From Marsupella aquatica (Eukaryota > Plantae > Marchantiophyta): 64,000 nt of DNA. Position 1 is the first letter of the stretch; each line of letters opens with the position of its first letter. The stretch is from positions 21,030,169 through 21,094,168 of the forward strand of contig OZ316891.1 in NCBI GenBank assembly GCA_973895155.1, given 5' to 3'. A program made the translations under genes and the position numbers. The notes under the pieces are model-generated. The model saw nothing but the letters and a program-made list of their open reading frames with translations, ran no database searches and had not been told where the DNA came from. Shown piece after piece: positions 37,111 to 48,398 of this stretch.

Positions 37111-38841
37111 GGAAAATCGAGGCCCTCTTTTCGGTTGACATGGAAATTTCAGAACCTTTTATCAAATCCTTCATTGCTAGGGACCAATAAGAATGCACAA
37201 CTCTACTCAGAGGACAAGTGTGCCATAAACCGCATGGATTTCTCACTAGAGGATAACACCACAAAGAACAACATTGAGAGCCAAGTAGGCTCAACATGCA
37301 AACTGATGTGCTACTAGATCCAAATCCACATTTGAGATCTTTTGGATTTGGATATTTTGTTTGCATGTTGAACATTGATGTATATATGAATAAAATTGGG
37401 GAGCAATTCATAGTGTTGAACTTGAGACCTTTAGGTTAAACAAACTCCATCCTGCCAACTGGACCAGCTTCATTTGACCAACAACAGACTGGGTAAAGTA
37501 GTGTCCCACATGCAATTAATTGTGAATGGACCCCAAAAGGATATCAACGATGCCAAGGATAAGTAACTCATAAATTCTAAGTATCTATTATATATATTCT
37601 CCTTAAATCACAAGTTCCCATATTAAGAACTCTGGGTAGCCTCTGCTAGACAGTCCATCATTTCCCATAGAGTAGAGTAAAATAGTGTATACAAAATATT
37701 AACTCCTATAATACAAGGTTGCACGCTTTTTTGCCGCAGTTGTTGTTTAAAATAAGAGGGCCGTTTTGGGTGAGAACATTACAAACCGGGAAAAGCGGAA
37801 CCAAATGTTGCTGGTTTGTTAAGACCCAAAAAAAATGGAATTGAAATGATGACACGAGGGATGTAGTGCCGTTTCCTTTAGCGGTCTCCTTTGGCTGCCG
37901 CGCGGCCAGACTTTGGCCTGACTTGGACCACCCACTGAGTCCCCGGCCTGACAACAACGGCATGACTCCCCTCCCCAGCCTTTCGACGATGGCGGCGCAA
38001 CCCCTCCGTGAGTACTTGCAAGGAGTATGTTGCCCAAGGAGGGGAGTTGCCTGGATGGAGGGGAGTAGTTGCAAAGGGGAGTAGTTGCAGAGGGAAGTAG
38101 TCGTGGAGGGGAGGGAGCATTGGAGAGGGGAGGGGACGGAGTACGTTGCAAGGAGCGGCCTCGCTACCCCTCCGCGATGCTCCCTCCCCTCCCCTCCGTC
38201 CAGGCATATGACTGACGCTTCGCTGCCCTGCCCTTGACATGCAACTCGCTGCTATTGTGGCCCGAGACACTGCCCCTCGCCACCCCTCTCGTATAGGGTA
38301 ATGCAGGTCTGGGCACAGGGTTACTAGGCTGTAACCCTGTGTCCGGAATATGAAAAGAAACTGACCGGCGGCAGCCGGGAAGCTTCTTTGAATATTCCGG
38401 GAGCAGGTTACAGCCTATAACCCCAGCCCTGCCCTGCATTATTTAGCGTACGTAACTCTTGCCCGGAAAGAGGTTACCGGCTCAACTTTTCAGGACACCA
38501 GATTATGACTATAACAGGCCCCTGTAGAAATGGTTACACACCGGTAACCTCTTCTCCTGACAGGATTTACGTTGCCGTCGTGGCTGCCCTTGCTGCCCAA
38601 CTCACCGTGGCGATCCCCTCCTCCCTCCTGCCGTCGCGACCCCCTCCTTGCTGACTCGCTGTGGTGACCGGACTTGACTCTTGCTATGGCAAACTCAACT
38701 GAACGACTCGCCTCAAACTCGGCCCAGGCAGGCATCATTCTGAACTTGGGGTCTCGGGGTGTCCGTCAGTGGGAGGCCAGGGGTATTGAATCCAGGCACA
38801 CTTGTCGTGCGCATACACATCGCTACACAACATACATCGCT

Positions 38842-39590
38842 TGTCACACACATCCAAACATATCCACAATCTTGCGGGGGGGGGGGGTCACTATATGGAG
38901 GGCCATACATCACGTGCGACGTTTTAGGGTTTGACCCCCCTAACTTTTCAGTGAAAAATATTTTTTTGCAAAGCCCTTTCTTTCTTTAAATTTTGTCATT
39001 TTTTATTAAAAAACCCCTAAAATCTTTACAGAAAGTATTTTTTGTAATTAAATAGGCCTATGTGTTCTTTAAAGTCGACCAATCAATAAAATATGCCCTA
39101 TGTGTTCTTCCACCAAACTTTGGAAGTCTTCCACCACACCCATTTAAATGGGCCTATACTTCGTCGCACGTGATGTACCCCCCCAAGTCCACAATGCAGC
39201 ATCACAAACACAAGAGAATGGAATACAAGTGAAACTCATGTCCACACATGTCCAAAACCCACAATAATCTCAATACAATTGGCACAACGATCCCGGTCAA
39301 CAATACCCCATCGATCCCGCACCGATCCGATCACACATGTATGTTGAGCCAATGCACCTTGCACTCAAGGAATCCACGCTACATAGAGAGAGCTCTTAGC
39401 CACCATAGCCACCACACAAGCTCCCCTCTCCAAGGCTCAACATTGAAAGATAACGTTTCAATGCCTCACAAGAGAGAACTACCCTCTCACACAAACCTAA
39501 TGGAACCCTATCGGCTCCAATAGCACACATACAAAACGTACATACTCAACTAGCACTCTATACTACAACAACATCTAGAATGGTGTGACA
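38842..39590. mobile_element. Probable solo LTR interrupted by a MITE
   Basis: Inverted termini tgtcacac (38842) and gtgtgaca (ending 39590). Flanks cgct/cact give only an imperfect 4-bp TSD. Confidence 0.5.
38871..39187. mobile_element. 317-bp MITE with 8-bp TSD
   Basis: TSD tccacaat at 38863-38870 and 39188-39195. Termini cttgcgggggg / cccccccaag. Perfect 16-bp subterminal inverted repeat tacatcacgtgcgacg (38906-38921 and 39162-39177). AT-rich core. Confidence 0.85.
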
Positions 39591-41232
39591 CACTGAAGTT
39601 GGACAGCCCTCCCTGGAAAAGTGGGCCAAGCTGTGCCGCTGCCCCAATGGTCTCAGCATTCGGGTGGCTAGAGCCAAGTAAGCGACCGTGGCGACTTCAT
39701 GTTAAAAAGCTTAACGTAACCAAAAAAATGGGGTTACCAATGGGGTTTGGTTAAAAGTGTTACTTCCAAATAGTGAAGATGGAGAAGCAAAGTTGAACGG
39801 GGGGTTGGTGGATGTAATTGCTGATAGCACTGGTTACTATTCAGCGCCTGGCTGTCCGTATTGGGACCCTCCTTTAACCCTCTTCCCCTCCTGGTCTGGT
39901 CCCTGTCTGATCCTTGGGTAACTATAGTCCCTTGTGAATCACATGCTCCACAGTAGTTTGTGTATCCTCGCTTGCATGGGTCTACTTTGGGTTCCAAGGC
40001 ATAAAAAAAACCCACCTGAAACATCATGGGTCTGCTTTGTCTTTCAAGGCAAAAATAAGAAACCACCAGAAACATCACACATAGGAGAGTCAATTGGAAC
40101 TTCGTTGCGTGGGTCTCCTTTCTGTTCCAAGGCAAACAAGAAAACCACCAGAAACATCAGGCCGGAGAGTCAATTGGAAGTGATGCTCAGCACAGCCCAT
40201 GCACTCGAAGGTTCCAGGCCTTCAGCAATCCAGCCAGCAACTTCACATGCGCCCCCTGAAAGAATTCATGACAACTGCCGGCGGCTCGCAAACTGGGTCC
40301 TCCATGAGGACTATGACAGAATGATTCCCTACCACTGTGGGTCCGATGATCTGATCCTTTCTTGCTGTGACTATTATTCATTTGGTTCTTGGTTTCCAGC
40401 ACACCAAGCTCCAGCAGTACTTTCAATCCTTTTCTTACCTGAGCCATGTCTGATGTCTTGTGGCGTAGGCCCGCACATGATGGGCTTTTGTGGGACCGCA
40501 CAATCATGTTCTGGATCAGATCGTGGGTGGCCAGATCGACTGACTGTGGCCGTCATTGCATATTTTATATCCAACTGAAGGTGGAATCGGGCCACATGCT
40601 GAGAATTGGTCGGCGGGTGATTATCAAGGCTGTGAGGTTCAGTCTCGAGAACATTCGGATGAATTGTTTTGAAGTGTTTGAAGAGCCGGCAAGCGTTCTT
40701 TTTCTGCCTGAAGCACGTAGATCAAGGCTCCGGGTCGACGATTGTCCTCAAAGCCTTCCACTTGCGAATCCATCATTTTGGAGGCTTGCTTTCAATCTTT
40801 TTTGTTTCCTCGAGGTTGTGAAGAGGCTACATTCTAAATCATCTTTGATTAAAGTATGCAGCACCGAAATCTGGCCTAGGTACGTTTCACGCACGTTTAT
40901 AGATCGCCGTACTACGGACGAGCAACGAAAAGTTCCAGCAACAGACTGTGATCACAAGGCAAAATGGTCCTGCTGTCCCTCACCCAGGTAGGGAATCTCT
41001 TCTTGGGGTCCCAGCGACTGCAGGCAACGACACTGCGCAGCCTTTCGATACATAGCCCTTGGGCATTGACATCCAGCGCATGCCGAATCTAAGTCCAGAT
41101 ACTCAAGAAATCAATGTATACGCTACCATTCAAACCGATTCCAGGATGTAAGGGCCATAGCCGCCAAACTTTTCGCTCGATCAGCGCCGCTAACTTTGCA
41201 AATTCAGGCAGGTTGCTCGACCTCACGAAATC

Positions 41233-41297
41233 ATGTTCACAATGAAAGCATGGCCGTTTGACACTGTTTGTCCAACGGCCATGCTTTCAATGTACAT
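41233..41297. ncRNA. Candidate microRNA-like hairpin
   Basis: tgaaagcatggccgtttgaca pairs with tgtccaacggccatgctttca (20 of 21 pairs) around a 5-nt loop, with more pairing below. No expression evidence. Confidence 0.35.
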
Positions 41298-42520
41298 TCA
41301 ACCAACTGGATTTCAAGTTTATCTTGGCGAGCTCTACTATCTGCACCATTTCACTTCGATGCTTTGCGGGAGCGAGGCTCACTCAGCCATACAAGCATTG
41401 GTAGGTATATCACAAAAGGTGGTCAGTACGTCAACCGAAGGCATAAGGGAAACCAAACAAAACACTAGTGATCCAGTTAACCATATCAATTGATCATTAT
41501 GCCAAGCTGTTAAAAACGATACGCGTTCTCGATCAGGAACATCCAAAATTTAAAACCTCCTTTGGCAACGGCAGATGTGCCGGCATTAATAAGACATTGC
41601 GGTCAGTCTTCGAATGGCAAATTTATTAAAACGTTCGCAGTACCTTCTAAGTAAGTAAGCGTCGGAGCAGCCATAATCATAAACCAGTGCCTAACGAAAT
41701 ACTTGTACATGGATCCATTGATACAGAGGACTACATTTTCGTGCTCTTAACAGATGATCGATCGTAGTCCGAGTCGTAGTCGCGAATGAAGCAAGTGAAA
41801 GCAGCCGGGACACACGATTTCACAACTGTAGCACGAAATTTGTTCAGCAATCCGGTCCAGTTCCAGTCTGAAGGCTCAGCTCAACCCACGCAAGAATGAT
41901 GAACTGAACCATGGTTTGTATCCCCGTGAACTTCTATCGTAATGTGGAATTGATTGTAACTCTCACCGTGTTCTCAAAGGTTCAAGCCCGTGTGCAGAAG
42001 ACAGCTTTGGTGAAGCAGCGAGGCCGAGAAGAAGTTCTACCGTTTCCTCAGAACTGAAGCGCTCTGAATGCATCAGCACAAGCGGGAGCACAAGTTGCAG
42101 CCATTATGCCAAAAATTTGAAGCCGGAGTGTTCAACCTAGCTTCCAGCGTTGGATGGCTGTTGGTCAATCTTATGAACCTCTATCTGCAATCCGCAAACC
42201 CGTATAATTTCCTGATGAGTAGATCCCCAATATCAACCCTGTTGATTACGTATCTTGGGGAACATGATCCTTGCTCTAGTCCTTTTGCGTTGGCCTAACA
42301 AGTACAGATTCACACCCTCCAAACCCGCTTCTAGTGTCCTTCGAGCTGACAGTGCACATACGTTTGGCCCGCTCCAATTGCCCATACTTGCCAGCATCCT
42401 GAATCTCCATTTCTATATTGGAGGACTGTTCAATCCCTATCCAACTGCTCGAGTCGAAGAATCGCAATGATCAGGTCCAACTTGCAGTAACAGCCCTGAC
42501 AGGAGTCACAAATTTAGGCG

Positions 42521-43024
42521 CTAGTGTTCAGAAGGCTCGAGCTGTTCCTCGAGTGTTTTCTCTTTTGCAAGGTCTAGGGAGGGAGATTGATCACTTTGGT
42601 TGGACTCAAAGTCCGACGAGTCAGACAACGAGGCCGACGCACCACTCGAAGTGCTTGAGGTCTCCGTCTGCAATTGCTCTAAGGCCACCTCCGTCGACGG
42701 GGGCTGCGGAGTTGGAGTCCGATCCGAAAAACTGGCCATCCGGTCCGATGAGGCCGACGGAAAGCTCGCCACGGTCGAACCTTGAGGCAGCTGAGGATGG
42801 ATTCGACTTATCATTGACTTGCTCACTCCATAGTACCGCTTCGAATGTCTCCGACCCTGCCCATCTTCTTGCAAATCATCCCTGGAATCTTTAACCCCTT
42901 CGATTCTGTAGATGTCGTAACTAAGCTGCCTAATGAGACTGATATGACCCCGTTCGTCATTGCCCACAGCCTGCTCTTCCTGCCTCGTCCGAAATGGCAT
43001 CGGAACACTGCAAACGCTCCCCAT
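42521..43024 (-). CDS. Hypothetical Ser-rich protein with predicted N-terminal acylation motif, 167 aa
   Basis: ATG at 43024 gives MGSVCS (Gly2, Cys5, Ser6), followed by a low-complexity Ser/acidic tail. Confidence 0.5.
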   Translation of the reverse strand: MGSVCSVPMPFRTRQEEQAVGNDERGHISLIRQLSYDIYRIEGVKDSRDDLQEDGQGRRHSKRYYGVSKSMISRIHPQLPQGSTVASFPSASSDRMASFSDRTPTPQPPSTEVALEQLQTETSSTSSGASASLSDSSDFESNQSDQSPSLDLAKEKTLEEQLEPSEH

Positions 43025-44121
43025 CGCTAATTCCAATTCCAATCCCAGATGTGAATGTCCTCGTTTCTTCTCTAAGCCAACCGACTTCACCTAATAGACT
43101 CCGGGCATCGATAAGTGGCTATATAGCATCTGAAAAGCACGAGATATTAATTATGACAGATCCGCGACACATTGACTTTGACAACCACTCATTACAACCA
43201 ATGTGACATGAACTGAGGCAGTCAGTCAGAAACTAGTGGCCTCAAAAATGACCTCGTACCATGTGCCTCATGATCGAAGGATCGTCTTTAGCGCCGAACG
43301 AAGAGAGCCACTTTTAGTACGAGATAATTGCATCGTTTGCAGCTGGAAAGCAAAGATTGCCTAACCTTCTGAAGGCCAGCGAATCTGCTGATCGGCTAAT
43401 CGGCTAATTCAACTTGCACATCACCGCGGCCCTCAGCTACTCAATTCTGTAGCCATGGAATCTGGTTTCTTTATGTGCGTCACGCATTCAGGGCCAAGAA
43501 CGATCTCACGCCTCGATCCTTGCCTGGCCGGGCCGGACGATGCTAGCAGCAAGCACTACGGATGGCAAGTGTTGGTACACCGTGACCGAGTTCTCGTGCG
43601 TCGACCGTCCTTCGAGTTCAATGATCGACCCACTTTTAGCAAGAGACTGAGGGGTTCAGAATCTGTCCCGCCTCCAGTACTCCTAGGTCTGTTATTAGTC
43701 CAGTCAGTCGCAAGTGATGTGTCTCGTCACGGGAGAGCGGGGATCGGACGGAATGCAACCATGCTCTTGGTGGTGGAGCACATACGGTACTAATTAGCTC
43801 GATCACGCGGACTGGCCTCCATCATTCTCCATAGCTGTTGCTTCAAGTGAGCTTCAAACATCGAAAATCTGGTGTGCGGATGCATCTGAGTGTCAATTTC
43901 AGCGGAATTTCTAGGACAGAAGGGAATGAGCACCTCAAACGATTGACACGAGCTTTGCTGTCTGCTAGATTGCTGCTGGCGAAATCCATTTACTGTTGTG
44001 ACTCTCAGCAAGAGTGGACAGAATGTGAAACAAACATGTGGATACAAACAGCGAGCTCCAGAGTGCACAAGACCCCAGGCATCAGAGCTCTATCAGAATG
44101 TAACGACCATGTCCAATTGCA

Positions 44122-44560
44122 AGTAGAGGTCAGGTGAGATTGGCTTTTCAAGAGGTAGAGGGCGCTTGTGACTTTTTCTCACCAAAGCAAATTGGAGACT
44201 CAGTTTGTTCTATCTAAAGATAGACACCTGACCAAAAGCCTTTTGGAATTAAACTTTCCCAGAGTCAATGAGTAAGACCCAAAAGTGTGTGGAGCGGTCT
44301 TTTTTAATAGATGATAAATTCTCCTTGTGAATTTCTTGTAAGGCCCTTGTGACTGGGCCTTGTGGGCCGTCATCAATCAAGCTCTAAATAAGGGATCCAG
44401 CCAAAATTCATCCATAGGCTGTTTACAGAGCTTGTAGAGGTCAGGTGAGTGACTTTTCAAGTGGTAGGGAAACTTGTGACTTTTTCGCACCAAAGCAAAT
44501 TGGAGAGTCATTTTGTTGTAAAGAGAGTCTCTAAACCAGAAGTGTTTTGAAACGAAACTT
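44122..44560. repeat. Diverged direct repeat of ~130 bp
   Basis: gtagaggtcaggtgag...cttgtgactttt...caccaaagcaaattggaga at about 44123 and 44434. Confidence 0.75.
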
Positions 44561-47154
44561 GGATAAATCGTTATTCCGAGAATGAATGAGGGAACAAGAA
44601 TTTACCAGGCTGCCCTTGACCAAAGAGGGTTTGGTCACAATAGGCTGAACTTAAAAATAAAATATTGGATTTATTTCACTTGTGTCACCAATGGGAGTGT
44701 TTTGTTGGTAATGGATGCAAATGAGGCTCAATTTAGAGTTTAGCCAATAAGAAAAATGAGGGGACAAGAAAGTACTATTATATATTTTTCGGTGTTTTCA
44801 CACCGGCACTTCATCCACTCATAGGGTTGCTTGAACAATTTTCCCCAAATGGTAATAAAAAGCATTTAGGAATTTGCACCTAGATAAATGAGCTCAAACA
44901 TATTCTTTAAGACTCCCTAAAAGTGTGAGTATCCCCAAAAAAAGAAAGTAAATAATTTGTCTTGTAGTGGTTACCCCTGAAAAAGATTCTCTTTTGAGAA
45001 AATTAATTAATCATTCCTTTCAAGAGAATGAATTTTTTCGTGATCACTTTAAAGCAAGCAAAAATTAGGTTTGGGTGACTTTGTACTGTCTTGTGCCTCA
45101 ATGTTTAGTCCTTTGCAAAGTGTATTCTCTTCAGTGCTTATTCCTTTACAAAGCGTTCGCTTCACTACTATCCCCACTTGTAATTTTTCTGTTAGACAGC
45201 TGTTTAGCTTCTAAACTACTTTGCATCCCTTTCCGAAAAATGGTGAGCCTCTCATGTTAGAGACAAATAAGTCACTCAAAATCATAAACTTAGGAAATAG
45301 AACTTTGAACTGTAGTTAAGAGATGAGGGGTTTGCATTTTCTGAAGTGTTGGTTTTTCACACCCCCTGGGATTCAGTCAAGCATTTGGAAGGAGATAGCT
45401 TAGGGTCTAGGTTTCCATAGCATATGAAAATTTAATTTAATATAACTTCAATGTAAGAAGAAGAACAACATATGTTAACAACAGATGGGCAAGATTGAAA
45501 AATAAATATAGATCTAAAGAGGGGGATCTAAAAACGAAAATTATAGCCTCTGGTTGGTTTTTTCCCCGGCCTTTTATAAACACCCTTTTATTTAATAATA
45601 AAAATATAATAATAATAAAAATAATAAATTGCAAACATCAAGAGGGGGGTAAAAAAGAAAATTATAAACATAAAGAGGGGTAAAATAAATTACATAGTTC
45701 AAAAATTCAAAGGATGCACCTTGCGTAAATTAAATTGAAATAAAAATACATATCAAAAATCTTAATAAGACAAAGTAACTTGAGTAGTCTCCCAAAGAAA
45801 TAATACCTATATGTGGTGCCATTAGAGTGTATGCCAATACATAGAATTATATCCCAAGGCATGTATCCATGAGGAGGAGGGAAGCCGAGATGAAGGAAAG
45901 GCACAGGCCCGAGACTGCCAGGAGGGGAAAATATCCTGAGGAGAAAGGAGGAAAGGCACAGGCCAAAATAACCCCTCACTAGCGTGGCCCGTCGATTTAC
46001 TGATTTAATTCTGCGTGACACTTGTCTGCATTAGAGCTGAGACTCCTGTCAACCATAAGTTTTTGAATCATGATTTGCCAGGTTTTCACTTTTCACTGAG
46101 TGACCCGTCCTCTCTTTGGGGGCCATGGCCTAGACGGCCCTTCGGTACCATGGAGGAAACCATCAAGCACCGTTTTGCTAAAGTAGGCAATTAAATTATC
46201 CACACATTAAATAGTAGTTCACATTGCAGCTGGTTTTGTGATTGATACTAATTATGGTTGCCTTGGTAAGTTTGGCAACTGTTTCAAATGTCAAACATTG
46301 ACTTGTCCATTTTTGAAAAAAAATTCTTTAGATTTGGAGGTCCATCTAGGCTTCAGTTTCTAGACAACAACCTCTAAAATAACATGGAGGTCCACGGATT
46401 AATTTACTTAGGGGGTCTCCATGACAATGTCTCTTATAAACACTAGCCCAAAACCCACCTTTCGATATCAACAATTGGTGAGAATAAAAACAAGCTAGTT
46501 CACAACTAGGGATGGTAAGTTTATGCCCCTGCCTGGCTAGAGTCAACTGCCTAGAGGGTTCATTCTAGACCATAGCCCTCTTCTCTTCCTGACTCTAAGT
46601 TAGATTCATGATTGTATTAAAAAGTGCTATGGCTTTGTGATGTAAAGCACCTTTCAGGGGATTTTCCAAGTTCTTGAGTCAATCTATACACACTATTATA
46701 TCCAATCCAGCCATTTAGTTTGTTTACGGCTTGCCATCTGGGCGGGAAGAAATCCTGGAGGTTAATTTAGAATTTTTTTGGGTCACAATTCAATTGGCCA
46801 AAACCACCTCTCAGAGAGCACTATGCCTTGCTGTCCGTGGCCCACCCTCACTAATCTGCAATGGGCTCAAAGCTCTTGAACAGTGTGAATGGGGAATTAA
46901 TGTTACTAACAATGACAGAGGAATAAGGCTGGGTAGGGTTTCACTTTAGTAATTAAGACTCTGACTAAAGCTTTGTGTTAACCCAGAGGTTTCACTCTAG
47001 ACTCTAACTCTAGCTTTGTGTTCGCCTCTTTTATAAGTAAGATTAGTATGCCAACCCCGGTTTGATGTGACGGGCAACTTGCCGAGTTGCCGGGCACGTA
47101 AACTCGGCATTTGCCGGCCTGAAATGCTCTCATTTGACGCATATTCATCATTAT

Positions 47155-47740
47155 TCCCCGGCTCGGCCCGAACTCCTCCCGGCCTCTTCCCGGACCCGGC
47201 CCGGCCCCCCCCCTACCTCTCGTCACCCGGCCCCGGCCCCGGCTTTACGCCCCGGCTTTACATCCCGGCCCGGCCCGGGTGGAGGAAGGCCCGGGTGGGG
47301 GGAGGGAGGAGGCCCGGCCTGGGTGGAGGGGGGCCCGGGTGGGGGGGGGGAGGAGGCCCGGGTGGGGGGAGGGAGGGGGCCCGGCCCGGGTGGAGGGGGG
47401 CCCGGGTGGGGGGGGGGAGGAGACCGGGTGGGGAGGAAGACGAGGCCCGGGTGGGGGGAGGGAGGAGGGCCGGCCCGGGTGGAGGGAGGCCCGGGGGGGA
47501 GGAGGCCCGGCCCGGGTGGAGGGGGGCCCGGGGAGGGGGCGGACGAGGGCCGGGTGGGGGGAGGGAAGAGGGCCGGCCCGGGTGGAGGGAGGCCCGGGTG
47601 GGGGGGGGAAGGAGGCCCGGCCAGGGTGGAGGGAGGCCTGGGTGGGGGGGAGGAGGGAGGCCCGGCCCGGGTGAAGGGAGGGGTTGGAGCAGGGAGGAGG
47701 GAGGCCCGGCCTGGGTTAAGGGAAGATAAGCCCGGGTTTT
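47155..47740. repeat. Left GC-rich subterminal repeat array
   Basis: Many copies of ggcccgg(cccgg)gtgg(a)gggg. Confidence 0.9.
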
Positions 47741-47939
47741 AGAGTTATGGATAAACTCAATTGAGATCAGCCATATCTGCTAATTTGGGGTTGTGACAAT
47801 TTCTCGCCTATCTAGTATTTCAACCCCGCTAAATATAGAACATTTTTTCATTCTAAATTGTATAAAACTTTGAGTTTTTCTCATTAGACACACTTCACTA
47901 AAAGTAGAGCACTCTATGTAAAGAGATAGAAAAGACTTT

Positions 47940-48330
47940 TGTGCGCGCGTGCTTGGAGGTTTTACTCGGCATGTGGTAATCCGCATAATAATTTTCTTCT
48001 TATCCCTTAACAATTTAGTGGTACTTGTGGGTATCGTGAAACAAATTTCGACAATGTTGACATTCATGTACGCATGTTTGGAGCTAAAGCTTGACATGTG
48101 ATATTTTACATGATTATCACTAATTGTCTCATATGTTTTCACTATATCGACAAATGCTCATTAAATTATAGATATCACATACGTCGGATAGGAATGTTAA
48201 CAACCAGAAAACAAAAGAGAACCGCTGTGCGCATGTTTGGAGTTTGACTCGACGTGTGATATTTCACAATAGTTTTTTTTTCTCGTTTTATTGTTGTTAC
48301 TTCAAAAGACTAACAAATAATCATTCAATT
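47940..48330 (+). promoter_or_regulatory. Upstream region of the transposase with three copies of a ~37-bp motif; inverted homolog of 55330-55710
   Basis: Approximate consensus CGCATGYTTGGAG-N5/6-CTYGRCATGTGRTA; ttggag cores at 47953, 48078 and 48237. Confidence 0.6.
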
Positions 48331-48398
48331 TTTATTAAGTGACTATGTTTAGTGACGTATAAAAAGTCACTTTGTGTGTAAAGTTCTTGTTTTCAATC

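Noticed and set aside
37700-38780. GC-rich segment with ggttac/gtaacc motifs and several short ORFs
   Set aside because: Probably a decayed non-autonomous element, but no termini, TSD or protein motif could be defined.
39934-40991. 214-aa and 181-aa ORFs
   Set aside because: Non-ATG starts, no recognisable motif, and an internal short duplication; no support for coding function.
47030-47050. Exact 8-bp TSD for the hAT element
   Set aside because: No matching 8-mer directly flanks both candidate termini (agtaagat on the left versus tactgtag on the right), so the ends are given as approximate.
47067-47742. Three overlapping Gly/Arg/Pro-rich ORFs (and a similar one at 55902-56291)
   Set aside because: By-products of stop-free GC-rich subterminal repeats; open in several frames with no domain.
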